This document shows, one piece after another, positions 10,425 to 19,649 of a DNA stretch of 64,000 nucleotides. A model generated the notes under the pieces. The model saw only the letters and a program-made list of their open reading frames with translations. It was not told the origin of the DNA and searched no databases. The stretch lies in NCBI GenBank assembly GCA_964371335.1, contig CAYJMC010000004.1, positions 19,179 through 83,178 of the forward strand. Direction: 5' to 3'. Position numbers and translations under genes: made by a program. This DNA comes from an uncultured Anaerolineaceae bacterium. GTDB lineage: Bacteria; Chloroflexota; Anaerolineae; Anaerolineales; UBA11579. Positions within the stretch are counted from its first letter, which is position 1, and the number at the start of each line of letters is the position of its first letter.

Positions 10425-11711
10425 ATGTCTAAAAAAGTCTTTTCTTTGCTGGCGCTTTTGACCGTTGCCAGCTTGTTATTGGCGGCCTGTGGCGCCCCCG
10501 CGCCGACTGAAGCCCCGGCCGAAGAGCCGGCGGCTGAAGAACCGGCAGCCGAAGAGCCCGCTGCGGAAGAACCAGCCTTCGAGTGTACGGACGCTATCGG
10601 CTGTGTGGAAGTCGCCGCTGGTGATCCAATTCGGATTGCTTCTGCGCTGGTCATCTCCGGCGCCAATGCCGACTTGGGCCTTGACTCTCAGTACGGCGTC
10701 GAGATCGCTATCCAGTTCAAGGGCGAAGTGCTCGGCCACCCGGTTGAGCTCCAGGCTGAAGACGACGGCTGCAACGCTGAAGGCGGCCAGGCTGCCGGAC
10801 AGAAGATCGTTTCTGATCCCACCATTGTGGGCGTCGTTGGTACTAGCTGCTCCGGTGCCGGTGTGCCTATGTCCCAAGTCATCTCTGACGCTGGATACTT
10901 CATGATTTCCCCATCCAACACGGCTCCCTCCCTAACCGACCCCGATCAGGCCTGGAGACCTGGCTACCTGCGCACAGCCCACAACGACAAAGTTCAGGGC
11001 GCTGCCATGGCTGAATACGCGTTTACCGAACTCGGTTTGACTACCGCCGCTGCAATTCACGACGGCGATCCTTATACCGAAGGTTTGGCCAATGCGTTCC
11101 GCGAGGCCTTTGAGGCTTTGGGCGGCTCTGTGATCGCCTTCACCGCGGTCAACGTGGGTGAAACGCAAATGGGCACTGTGCTTACCTCTGTTGCTGAAGC
11201 CGAAGGTGGCCCGCCGCAGTTCCTGTTTTTCCCGGTGTTCACCGCTGAATGTGCTTTCCTAGCCGTTCAGGCCCAGGATGTTGCCGGCTTGGAAAACACC
11301 GTCCGCGCTGCAGCCGACGGCTGCTTCTCAGATGCAGCTGCTGACGCCATCGGCGCCGCTGAAGAAGGAATGTTCTTCTCCGGTCCCGATCTGGCTTACA
11401 CCAGCGATGTGTACGAGCAGTTCAAGGCCGCTTACCTGGAGAACTACGGAACTGCTCCTCTCTCCGTATTCCATGCGCATGCTTTCGATGCCACCAACTT
11501 GATCTTCGGCTGCATTGAGACCACTGCGCAGCAGGATGCCGACGGCGCTCTGCTCATTGGCCGCCAGGCCATGCGCGACTGCCTGTATGCCACATCCGGT
11601 TACGAGGGCATCACCGGTTCGCTGACCTGCAATGAGTTCGGTGACTGCGCTGATCCCAAGATCGCGGTTTATGAGATCCAGGACGGCGCGTACGTTGCCA
11701 TCTGGCCATAA
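10425..11711 (+). CDS. Branched-chain-amino-acid-type ABC transporter substrate-binding lipoprotein (LivK family)
   Basis: Start moved to ATG 10425 after GGAGGA. Lipobox LLAAC, EDDGC, GTSCS, ISPSNT, LRTAHND. Confidence 0.92.
   Translation: MSKKVFSLLALLTVASLLLAACGAPAPTEAPAEEPAAEEPAAEEPAAEEPAFECTDAIGCVEVAAGDPIRIASALVISGANADLGLDSQYGVEIAIQFKGEVLGHPVELQAEDDGCNAEGGQAAGQKIVSDPTIVGVVGTSCSGAGVPMSQVISDAGYFMISPSNTAPSLTDPDQAWRPGYLRTAHNDKVQGAAMAEYAFTELGLTTAAAIHDGDPYTEGLANAFREAFEALGGSVIAFTAVNVGETQMGTVLTSVAEAEGGPPQFLFFPVFTAECAFLAVQAQDVAGLENTVRAAADGCFSDAAADAIGAAEEGMFFSGPDLAYTSDVYEQFKAAYLENYGTAPLSVFHAHAFDATNLIFGCIETTAQQDADGALLIGRQAMRDCLYATSGYEGITGSLTCNEFGDCADPKIAVYEIQDGAYVAIWP
10521..10577 (+). repeat. 15-bp coding tandem repeat (EEPAA linker)
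   Basis: About four units encoding EEPAA after the lipobox. Confidence 0.85.
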
Positions 11712-11743
11712 ATTCCTGATCGAAAACTAAGTATGTGATCTAC

Positions 11744-11776
11744 GGTTAGGCCCAGGGCTGCACCCTGGGCCTAACC
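11744..11776 (+). other. 14-bp perfect stem-loop after binding-protein gene (mRNA stabiliser/attenuator)
   Basis: GGTTAGGCCCAGGG-CTGCA-CCCTGGGCCTAACC, no U-tract. Confidence 0.7.
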
Positions 11777-11800
11777 TAGAACCGAGGGAGAACCCCGGAT

Positions 11801-12859
11801 ATGGATCGTCTTAGGTCTTTTTCAGTTATCAACGCATTTTTGTGGCTGATGCGCGCTGCAATTATTGCCGTCGTCGTATGGGGGACGATTCAAACCATTC
11901 TTCACAACCCCTACTCCACCCGCGCCTGGGAGGATTTCATCATTTTCGGCATCGCGCAGGGAAGTATGTATGCGCTGATCGCCATTGGTTACACACTGGT
12001 CTATGGCGTTCTGAAAATGATCAATTTCGCCCACAGTGAATTTTTTATGTCGGGTATCTTTACTGCCACCTCAGTGGTTGCTCTTCCGCTTTCAGAATCA
12101 GGGTTTATGGCGGAGAATCCTCTGATCACTATTTTTGCGGTTGGCATCGTCGCCATCATTGTGTCCGTGGTGATCGCACTGGTAACCGAACGAATCGCTT
12201 ATCGACCGTTGCGTAAAGCGCCTCGCTTGATGGCGCTGATTACAGCAATCGGGGCTTCATTTTTTTGGCAGTATTATTTTCGCGGGCTCTTCGGCTCACA
12301 AGTAAGGCCGTTTCCCATCACCGAAGCTCTGCAAGGCTCGGTTCCTTTCCTCGGTACCGAGATATTGAAAACACATATCCTGGTGGTGGTCGTCACCATA
12401 GTATCTCTGCTCGCCCTTAACTTTTTCATCACCAAGACCAAGGCCGGCATGGCTATCCGCGCTGTCGCAGAAAACAAAGACGTTGCTGCACTGATGGGCA
12501 TCAATGTCGATCGCACCATTAGCCTGACCTTCGCCACCTGTGCAGCCATGGCTGGCATTGCCGGCTTGCTATTTGCCATGGTCTACCAACAAGTTCACTT
12601 TTTCATGGGCTTTATTCCCGGCATCAAAGCTTTCACTGCGGCTGTTTTGGGGGGCATCGGCAACATTCCAGGAGCTGCGGTCGGCGGCCTCTTCCTGGGT
12701 TTGTTCGAATCCGTCGGGCCCAGCTTGTTCCTGCAGAGCCTGGGCATCCCCGCCGCAAATCAGTTGAAGGATGTGATTGCCTTTACCATGCTGGTCCTCG
12801 TGCTCATCTTCCGCCCGCAAGGTATTTTAGGCGAGCGCCTGGCCGAAAAGAAAGCCTGA
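11801..12859 (+). CDS. livH: Liv-type ABC permease
   Basis: YALIAIGYTLVYGVLKMINFAHSE, KAFTAAVLGGIG. Confidence 0.9.
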   Translation: MDRLRSFSVINAFLWLMRAAIIAVVVWGTIQTILHNPYSTRAWEDFIIFGIAQGSMYALIAIGYTLVYGVLKMINFAHSEFFMSGIFTATSVVALPLSESGFMAENPLITIFAVGIVAIIVSVVIALVTERIAYRPLRKAPRLMALITAIGASFFWQYYFRGLFGSQVRPFPITEALQGSVPFLGTEILKTHILVVVVTIVSLLALNFFITKTKAGMAIRAVAENKDVAALMGINVDRTISLTFATCAAMAGIAGLLFAMVYQQVHFFMGFIPGIKAFTAAVLGGIGNIPGAAVGGLFLGLFESVGPSLFLQSLGIPAANQLKDVIAFTMLVLVLIFRPQGILGERLAEKKA

Positions 12860-12865
12860 GGAGCC

Positions 12866-14533
12866 ATGAGCAACGGTTTCAATCTGGATTGGCGCCGCAC
12901 TCTGCAGCAGGCAGCTATCGCAGGGTTCATTTCACTTAGCGTTTCGGCCATTGGCATGGTGGAACTCTTTGGTGAGCGATTCCTGCTAGCCGGACTGATC
13001 ACCATGGGCCAAATAGCATTCCTGGCAGCCCCAGTCATGTTCTCCTACACCTCTGCAAGTTCAACTCTGGGTAAGGGAAGGGTATTGGCCAGTCTGGCAA
13101 AGGCGGCCGTGATTGGCGTGGTCAGCTCCCTATTCTTGATATTTTTAATTTGGGCGGCTCAGACCTTCGACGTGCGCTCAGTGCTTCCAAATGTGTCACC
13201 GAAATTGATCAGCTTGCTTACCTTTGAAGGTGGACCCGTCCAGGGCTCGCTTACTTTGTTGGGGATCACGGTCGCCACTTGCCTCCTTGCCGCAAGCTCT
13301 ACCTTCCTGCCAGAAAAGGTTCGCAAAACCCTTTTCTTTGGCCTGGGCTTGACCATGCTGGTCGGATTGTTTTCTCCAATCCTTGTGGAGCGCGTCCGCA
13401 ATTTCTTCGGACAGGATACGGTGAGATTGCTGTTTGCTTCAAACGCCTTGCAGCTTTGGCCCGCGATCATTTTGGCAATCGCCTCTACTGCCCTTTACTC
13501 CGCCTATCAACTGACAGCCTCTCGCCGGAAACCCGCAGGTCCACCCAAGAACGACCTCACAAGTAGAGTTGTGCGCCAAGCTCCCCTCTTCCTTCTTTTA
13601 TTGACCCTACCCTTTTTCCTGGGCACCTACCTGACTGAAGTCACAAACAACGTTGGTATATATCTGCTCATGGGGCTGGGATTGAACATTGTCGTCGGCC
13701 TGGCAGGTCTTTTGGACCTGGGTTACGTTGCTTTTTTTGCTATCGGCGCCTACACCATGGGCGTGTTAACTTCCACAGGTCACCTTGGTTTGGGTCTGTC
13801 ATTCTGGATAGCTCTTCCCATCTGTGTGGCCGTAGCTGCTTTCGCCGGCATTGTGTTGGGCATCCCGGTTCTCAAGATGCGTGGCGACTACTTGGCTATA
13901 GTCACTCTCGGCTTTGGCGAGATCATTCGCCTGCTGGCCTTGTCCGACATGTTGAAGCCATTCCTTGGGGGCGCCCAAGGTATTCTGAACATTCCGAAAC
14001 CTTCGATCGGCACCTTTGTTCTGGATGACCCCGAGCGCCTCTACTACGTAGTGTTGGCGGGAGCACTCCTGGCCGCGTTCATTTCTAACCGGCTGCGCGA
14101 ATCGCGCATCGGCCGTTCCTGGATCGCCGTGCGCGAAGATGAGGACGTGGCCGAGGCCATGGGCATCAATCTAGTACGAACCAAGTTGCTGGCATTCGCT
14201 ATTGGCGCAGGGTTTTCCGGTTTGGCGGGCGCCATCTTTGCTCCAAAACTGACCTCGATATTCCCGCATAGTTTCAACTTTCTCATCTCGATCAATGTAC
14301 TCAGCCTTATCATCGTCGGTGGGCTGGGTAGCATCCCGGGGACGGTGGTAGGCGCCATTATTTTGGTGGGATTGCCAGAGCTCCTGCGCGAGTTTGCCGA
14401 ATTCCGCTGGCTGATTTATGGCGCTTTATTGGTGCTAATGATGCTTAACCGCCCTGAAGGATTTATCCCCTCCGACATTATCCGTCGAGAGATGCACGCG
14501 GCGGAATCTGAAAATCCGGCGCCTACATCCTGA
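12866..14533 (+). CDS. livM: Liv-type ABC permease with N-terminal membrane extension
   Basis: GLNIVVGLAGLLDLGYVAFFAIGAY, RGDYLAIVTLGFGEI. Confidence 0.9.
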   Translation: MSNGFNLDWRRTLQQAAIAGFISLSVSAIGMVELFGERFLLAGLITMGQIAFLAAPVMFSYTSASSTLGKGRVLASLAKAAVIGVVSSLFLIFLIWAAQTFDVRSVLPNVSPKLISLLTFEGGPVQGSLTLLGITVATCLLAASSTFLPEKVRKTLFFGLGLTMLVGLFSPILVERVRNFFGQDTVRLLFASNALQLWPAIILAIASTALYSAYQLTASRRKPAGPPKNDLTSRVVRQAPLFLLLLTLPFFLGTYLTEVTNNVGIYLLMGLGLNIVVGLAGLLDLGYVAFFAIGAYTMGVLTSTGHLGLGLSFWIALPICVAVAAFAGIVLGIPVLKMRGDYLAIVTLGFGEIIRLLALSDMLKPFLGGAQGILNIPKPSIGTFVLDDPERLYYVVLAGALLAAFISNRLRESRIGRSWIAVREDEDVAEAMGINLVRTKLLAFAIGAGFSGLAGAIFAPKLTSIFPHSFNFLISINVLSLIIVGGLGSIPGTVVGAIILVGLPELLREFAEFRWLIYGALLVLMMLNRPEGFIPSDIIRREMHAAESENPAPTS

Positions 14534-14545
14534 TGGAACCCTAAC

Positions 14546-15340
14546 ATGACACTATTGACAGCCTCCAAAGTAACGAAGACCTTCGGCGGTTTGGTCGCCG
14601 TAAAGGATTTCGATCTTAATATCAAAGAACACAGCATAACCTCCGTAATTGGTCCCAATGGGGCCGGCAAGACAACTTTCTTCAACTGTGTCACCGGTTT
14701 TTACAAGTTAGACAGCGGCGAAATCCTATTCAATGGGCAAGCCATCCAGAACCACCGGCCCGACCAGATCTGTCAGATTGGGATTTCGCGCACTTACCAA
14801 AACATTCGCTTGTTCAGCGCCACGACGGCCATTGAAAATATCCTAGTGGGCGAACAACCGCACCTGAAAACGAATGTGGTGGATGCGGTTTTCCACACAC
14901 CTCGCTTCCACGAGGACGAAAAGCATGCGGTCGAAGAAGCGCGGCGCCTGTTGCAATTCGTAGGTCTGCGCGGCATGGGTGATCACCTGGCGCTCAACCT
15001 CCCTTACGGGGCTCAGCGCCGCTTGGAGATTGCCCGCGCCCTGGCCAGCAAGCCAAAGCTTCTGCTGCTGGATGAACCCACCGCGGGCATGAACACTCGC
15101 GAGACTGTTGAATTGACCCATTTCATCCGCAACCTGCGGGATGAACTTGGCCTCACGATCCTGCTTATCGAGCATCATATGCGCGTGGTGATGGACATCA
15201 GCGAACAGATTTCCGTCATGGACTATGGCTCCAAGATTGCAGAAGGTAAGCCGCGCGATATCCAGAACGATCCCAAGGTGATTGAAGCCTATCTCGGGCG
15301 TGGGGCTGCCTCTGGTCTTAAAGCTGCTACCGCACACTAG
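14546..15340 (+). CDS. livG: Liv-type ABC ATPase
   Basis: GPNGAGKTT, LPYGAQRRLEIARAL, LLLDEP, VIEAYLG. Confidence 0.93.
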   Translation: MTLLTASKVTKTFGGLVAVKDFDLNIKEHSITSVIGPNGAGKTTFFNCVTGFYKLDSGEILFNGQAIQNHRPDQICQIGISRTYQNIRLFSATTAIENILVGEQPHLKTNVVDAVFHTPRFHEDEKHAVEEARRLLQFVGLRGMGDHLALNLPYGAQRRLEIARALASKPKLLLLDEPTAGMNTRETVELTHFIRNLRDELGLTILLIEHHMRVVMDISEQISVMDYGSKIAEGKPRDIQNDPKVIEAYLGRGAASGLKAATAH

Positions 15341-15349
15341 GAAAACAAT

Positions 15350-16063
15350 ATGGCACTGCTCGAAGTCAACAGTATTCATACTTACTACGGCAATATTCAC
15401 GCCCTCAAAGGCATTTCTCTTGAAGTGAACGAAGGAGAAATCGTCACTTTGATCGGGGCCAATGGCGCCGGAAAAACCACCACCCTGCGAACGATCAGCG
15501 GTTTGCTTAGGCCACGGGAAGGCCACGTAAAATTTAACGGCGAGGACCTGATTAAGTATCCGGCCCATGAGATAGTTTTTCAAGGCATTACCATGGTGCC
15601 CGAAGGTCGTGGCGTCTTCGCTCAGCTCACGGTTGATGAAAACCTGGAGATGGGCGCCTTCAGCCGCAGCGATAGGGCAGCAATTTCCACAGATGCCGAC
15701 CGCGTCTTTACGCTGTTCCCGCGTCTTAAGGAGCGCCGGCACCAGGTGGCGGGCACCCTCTCGGGGGGCGAGCAGCAAATGCTAGCCACCGGCCGGGCGC
15801 TGATGGCAAGTCCTAAACTGATACTCATGGACGAGCCTTCAATGGGTCTGGCCCCGATGTTGGTGGAAGGCATTTTCGACACCATTCAAAGCATCAACAA
15901 GGAAGGCACCACGGTCCTGTTGGTCGAGCAGAACGCGCTGATGGCGCTCTCTATTGCTCACCGCGGTTATGTGCTGCAGACTGGCGAAATCGTGCTCAGC
16001 GATACCGCCAAGAACCTAGCCGACAATAAGATGGTCCAAAAAGCATACTTGGGCGTGGAGTGA
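15350..16063 (+). CDS. livF: Liv-type ABC ATPase
   Basis: GANGAGKTT, VPEGR, LSGGEQQML, DEPSMGLAP. Confidence 0.93.
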   Translation: MALLEVNSIHTYYGNIHALKGISLEVNEGEIVTLIGANGAGKTTTLRTISGLLRPREGHVKFNGEDLIKYPAHEIVFQGITMVPEGRGVFAQLTVDENLEMGAFSRSDRAAISTDADRVFTLFPRLKERRHQVAGTLSGGEQQMLATGRALMASPKLILMDEPSMGLAPMLVEGIFDTIQSINKEGTTVLLVEQNALMALSIAHRGYVLQTGEIVLSDTAKNLADNKMVQKAYLGVE

Positions 16064-16081
16064 TTCTTATTGCTAAAAGAT

Positions 16082-16118
16082 ACGCGCGGTACAGAGACTT
16101 GTACCGCGCGTTTTGTTT
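16082..16118 (+). terminator. Rho-independent terminator
   Basis: ACGCGCGGTACA/TGTACCGCGCGT stem followed by TTTGTTT. Confidence 0.8.
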
Positions 16119-16136
16119 AAGAATTAAAATGCCGCC

Positions 16137-17123
16137 ATGCTAATCCTCAACGCCAGCGAAGTACGTCAGGCCTTGACCATGGCCGAATGCATTGAAGCGA
16201 TGAAGCGAGCCTACGCCGCGCTCTCGGACGGCAAAGCCGAGGTGCCGTTGCGACTGCGGCTGCCCGTAAAGCCCAACGAGGGTTTGAGCATCTTTATGCC
16301 CGCCTTCGTAGATGACGAAGCCGGACAGGCTCTCGCCGTCAAAATTGTCTCCCTCTTCGACAGGAATCCGGCCCGCGGGCTGCCATTCATCCACGCAGCC
16401 GTCCTGGTGCTAAATGCGGAAAACGGCGCCGTGGAGGCCCTGCTCGAAGGCGGCAGCCTCACTGCCATCCGCACCGGCGCCGGTTGCGGCGCCGCCACTG
16501 ATGTGCTGGCTCGTCAAGATGCCCGCACGTTGGCTATTTTTGGCGCCGGCGTCCAGGCGCGCACCCAATTAGCGGCTGCTTGCGAGGTCCGCGACATCGA
16601 GACTGCTTGGGTCTTCGATCCGAACGCTAAACAGGTGCGGGATTTCATATCTGCCATGGCAGGCCGCGGCCGCATTCCGAATGTTTTACGGGCCGCGAAG
16701 GATCCCGCCGAAGCCGTGAACAATGCCGACATAATAAGCACGGCGACCACCAGCACCACGCCTGTATTCTCGGACACCGACTTGAAACCCGGCGTGCACA
16801 TTAACGGAGTGGGTTCGTACACTCTCGAGATGCAGGAAATTCCAGCCGAAACGGTTTGCCGCGCCCGCGTCACCGTCGACAGTCGCAGCGCCGCTCAGGT
16901 TGAATCAGGTGATATTGCCATTCCTCTGGAAAAGAGGTTGATTGAGGAATCCGACATTGCCGAAATCGGCGAGGTTATCTCCGGCAAACTACCTGGGCGC
17001 AGTGCGGCGGAGCAAATCACAATATTTAAATCCGTGGGTGTCGCAGTGCAAGACGCGGTGGCCGCACGCCTGGCAGTTGAGAATGCGCGTGGGATGGGAC
17101 TGGGAACGGAAATCAATTGGTGA
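16137..17123 (+). CDS. Ornithine cyclodeaminase/mu-crystallin family (ketimine reductase-like)
   Basis: FMPA, LTAIRTGA, IFGAGVQA, HINGVGS, FKSVGVAVQD. Confidence 0.9.
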   Translation: MLILNASEVRQALTMAECIEAMKRAYAALSDGKAEVPLRLRLPVKPNEGLSIFMPAFVDDEAGQALAVKIVSLFDRNPARGLPFIHAAVLVLNAENGAVEALLEGGSLTAIRTGAGCGAATDVLARQDARTLAIFGAGVQARTQLAAACEVRDIETAWVFDPNAKQVRDFISAMAGRGRIPNVLRAAKDPAEAVNNADIISTATTSTTPVFSDTDLKPGVHINGVGSYTLEMQEIPAETVCRARVTVDSRSAAQVESGDIAIPLEKRLIEESDIAEIGEVISGKLPGRSAAEQITIFKSVGVAVQDAVAARLAVENARGMGLGTEINW

Positions 17124-17138
17124 GCGGAAAGGAGGATG

Positions 17139-17230
17139 AAGTTAAAAGTTAAGGTTTAAAGTTTAAGGTACTTGGTTGCATGCCAAATATTTCGGGCTTA
17201 CCTAAACACTAAACTTTAAACATTCAACCA
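17139..17230. repeat. Inverted pair of heptamer tandem arrays
   Basis: AAGTTAA AAGTTAA GGTTTAA AGTTTAA ... TAAACAC TAAACTT TAAACAT TCAACCA. Confidence 0.7.
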
Positions 17231-17234
17231 GCTT

Positions 17235-18392
17235 ATGGACAATTTACCCAAATCAGCAGGGATTGTTGTTATCGGCGGCGGCGTCATGGGGGCTTCGACT
17301 GCATATCATCTTGCTGCTCGCGGCATCAAAGATATTGTCCTGCTTGAAAAAGAAGAATTTTTCGGGCAGGGCGCCACGGGGCGCTGCGCCGGAGGCGTTC
17401 GTTACCAGTTTGCCACCGAGGCCAACATCCGTCTCTCCCTCGCCAGCCTGCCCATGCTCGAACGGATTCCCGAAGAACTGGGTCAGGAGGTCGACTATCG
17501 CAAATGCGGATATCTTTTTTTGCTGAATAATGATAAAGACATCGCGACCTTTAAACGCAATGTGGCTTTGCAGAACCGGCTAGGCGTGCAGACCGCATGG
17601 CTCAGCGGAGACGAAATTCGGAAACGGTTGCCCCTAATGCGCTTGGAGGATATTCAGGCTGGGACATTCAATGCCAAAGATGGGCTTTGCGATCCCAACG
17701 GCGTTGTCATGGCCTATATCAATGCGGCAACTAAGTTGGGCGTGCAATGCATTGCCGGCGTCGAAGTTGTTGATCTCAAAATCCAAAACGGAAAAATTTC
17801 GGAAGTAAAAACAAACAAAGGCAATATGGCTGCTCCCGTTGTCGTTAACGCTGCTGGACCTTGGGCGGGTTTGCTTGGAACTATGGCCGGACTCGAAATA
17901 CCTATTACCCCCATACGCCGCCAGATGCTCACCACCACGCCACTGCCGCAGCTCCCCGCTGATTTTCCTTTCGTCATCGACTTTGCCCAATCGTTATATT
18001 TCCACCGCGAGGGCGATGGTGTGCTCACCGGCATGTCCAATCCCAACGAACGACCAGGCCTCGACCAAAATGTAGATCCCGACTTCGAGTTGGTCAACCT
18101 GGAAGCAGCCGCCGCGCGTTTGCCGCTCTTAGAAAAAGCTGGCCTGGCTTCCCATTGGGCCGGTCTCTATGAAGTGACCCCCGACGCACACCCCATCTTC
18201 GGCAGGACTCCCATCGAGGGGTTCTATCTCGTCGCTGGCTTCTCCGGGCATGGTTTCATGCACGGGCCGGTCGCAGGCAAGCTGATGTCCGAAATAATTC
18301 TGGACGGGTCTGCCAAAACCGTTGATGTCTCGATGCTCGACTTAGCGCGCTTCGATGAAGGCCGGGAAATCGTAGAATACAATGTTGTCTAA
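17235..18392 (+). CDS. FAD-dependent amino/imino-acid oxidoreductase (DAO/sarcosine oxidase beta family)
   Basis: IGGGVMG, GATGRCAGG, NAAGPW, TPDAHP, GFSGHGFM. Confidence 0.9.
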   Translation: MDNLPKSAGIVVIGGGVMGASTAYHLAARGIKDIVLLEKEEFFGQGATGRCAGGVRYQFATEANIRLSLASLPMLERIPEELGQEVDYRKCGYLFLLNNDKDIATFKRNVALQNRLGVQTAWLSGDEIRKRLPLMRLEDIQAGTFNAKDGLCDPNGVVMAYINAATKLGVQCIAGVEVVDLKIQNGKISEVKTNKGNMAAPVVVNAAGPWAGLLGTMAGLEIPITPIRRQMLTTTPLPQLPADFPFVIDFAQSLYFHREGDGVLTGMSNPNERPGLDQNVDPDFELVNLEAAAARLPLLEKAGLASHWAGLYEVTPDAHPIFGRTPIEGFYLVAGFSGHGFMHGPVAGKLMSEIILDGSAKTVDVSMLDLARFDEGREIVEYNVV

Positions 18393-18408
18393 ATAATTTA
18401 GATGGCGT

Positions 18409-19563
18409 ATGCCTTCCGCAGAAATCCTCACCATAGGTACCGAACTCCTTCTAGGTGAAATCGTCGACACGAATACCCAATATCTTGCGCGCCAACTCCG
18501 TGAAGCGGGTATCGACTTGTATTACACCTCCACCGTGGGTGACAATGAAACCCGCATCGCCGAAGCCGTGCGTCACGCACTCACCCGGTCTCAAATCTTG
18601 ATCTGCACCGGCGGCCTTGGTCCCACGGTTGACGATGTCACCCGCGAAGGGATTGCTCGCGCCATGGGTGTGGATCTCGAATTCAAAGAGGAGCTCTGGA
18701 AGCAAATCCAAGAGCGCTTCTCCCGCTTCAACCGCATACCTACCGAGAACAACAAGCGCCAGGCCTACCTGCCAGTCGGCGCTCAGGTATTGGAGAATGC
18801 GGTTGGCACTGCGCCCGCTTTCCTCATCGAACGTGCTGATCGTGTTGTCCTGGCTCTTCCCGGCGTCCCAGGCGAAATGACCTACATCCTTGAGCATGAC
18901 GTAATTCCTTACCTGGAAAAGCACTTCGGGCGCGGCGCAGTCATCCGCACCCGCATCCTGCATATCGCCGGCGTTGGTGAATCACAGATCGATGAAAGGG
19001 TTGCCGATCTCGAAAAACTTTCCAATCCAACGGTCGGCTTGGCCGCCCACCCCGGTGTCGTGGATGTGCGCCTCACCGCCAAAGCGGAGAGCGCCGAGCG
19101 CGCCAAGGAAATGCTGGCCGAGCTGGAAGAGCAGGCCCGCCAGCGCCTGGGGGACTGGGTATATGGAGCCGATGAAGAAACCCTGAGCCGCGTTGTGCTC
19201 GGTCTTGTAGCCGCCCGCAATAAAACTCTCGCGGTCATCGAAAAAGGGTTGGACGGCACTGTGATCAAATTATTGACCGGTCAAGGGAATGCCTTCGTGG
19301 GTGGCGAGATCTTGAATAGCAACGTACAAACCAAGCCGTTAAAAGAACTCAGCTTCCAATACGCCAAGGAAGTAAAGGCTGACCTGGTTCTAGGTGTCGA
19401 GTTGCATGCCGGCGGAAAAAAACACGAACTCGAAGTTGCCATCGTTGGCTCAGCCCGTGAACGTCATTACTCACTCTCGTATGGTGGCCATATCCTGCAG
19501 GCTCCCGATTGGGCAGCCAACCTGGCACTCAGCATTCTTCGGCGCGAACTCTTGAAAGAATAA
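18409..19563 (+). CDS. cinA: CinA family protein (MoCF-like domain plus degenerate PncC domain)
   Basis: IGTELLLGEIVDTN, TGGLGPTVDD, GTAP, LPGVP. C-terminus lacks AESCTGG. Confidence 0.88.
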   Translation: MPSAEILTIGTELLLGEIVDTNTQYLARQLREAGIDLYYTSTVGDNETRIAEAVRHALTRSQILICTGGLGPTVDDVTREGIARAMGVDLEFKEELWKQIQERFSRFNRIPTENNKRQAYLPVGAQVLENAVGTAPAFLIERADRVVLALPGVPGEMTYILEHDVIPYLEKHFGRGAVIRTRILHIAGVGESQIDERVADLEKLSNPTVGLAAHPGVVDVRLTAKAESAERAKEMLAELEEQARQRLGDWVYGADEETLSRVVLGLVAARNKTLAVIEKGLDGTVIKLLTGQGNAFVGGEILNSNVQTKPLKELSFQYAKEVKADLVLGVELHAGGKKHELEVAIVGSARERHYSLSYGGHILQAPDWAANLALSILRRELLKE

Positions 19564-19649
19564 ACAAAAATCTCGGTCGGGAGTGGTTTCCTGACTTTAG
19601 GCCCAACCCCGACACGTTTGGCGGTAAACTAGGAAATTAAAGGATCAAA

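Noticed and set aside
19576-19613. Imperfect hairpin GTCGGG...CCCGAC between cinA and the deaminase
   Set aside because: One copy, weak stem, no U-tract. It cannot be classed as REP or terminator.
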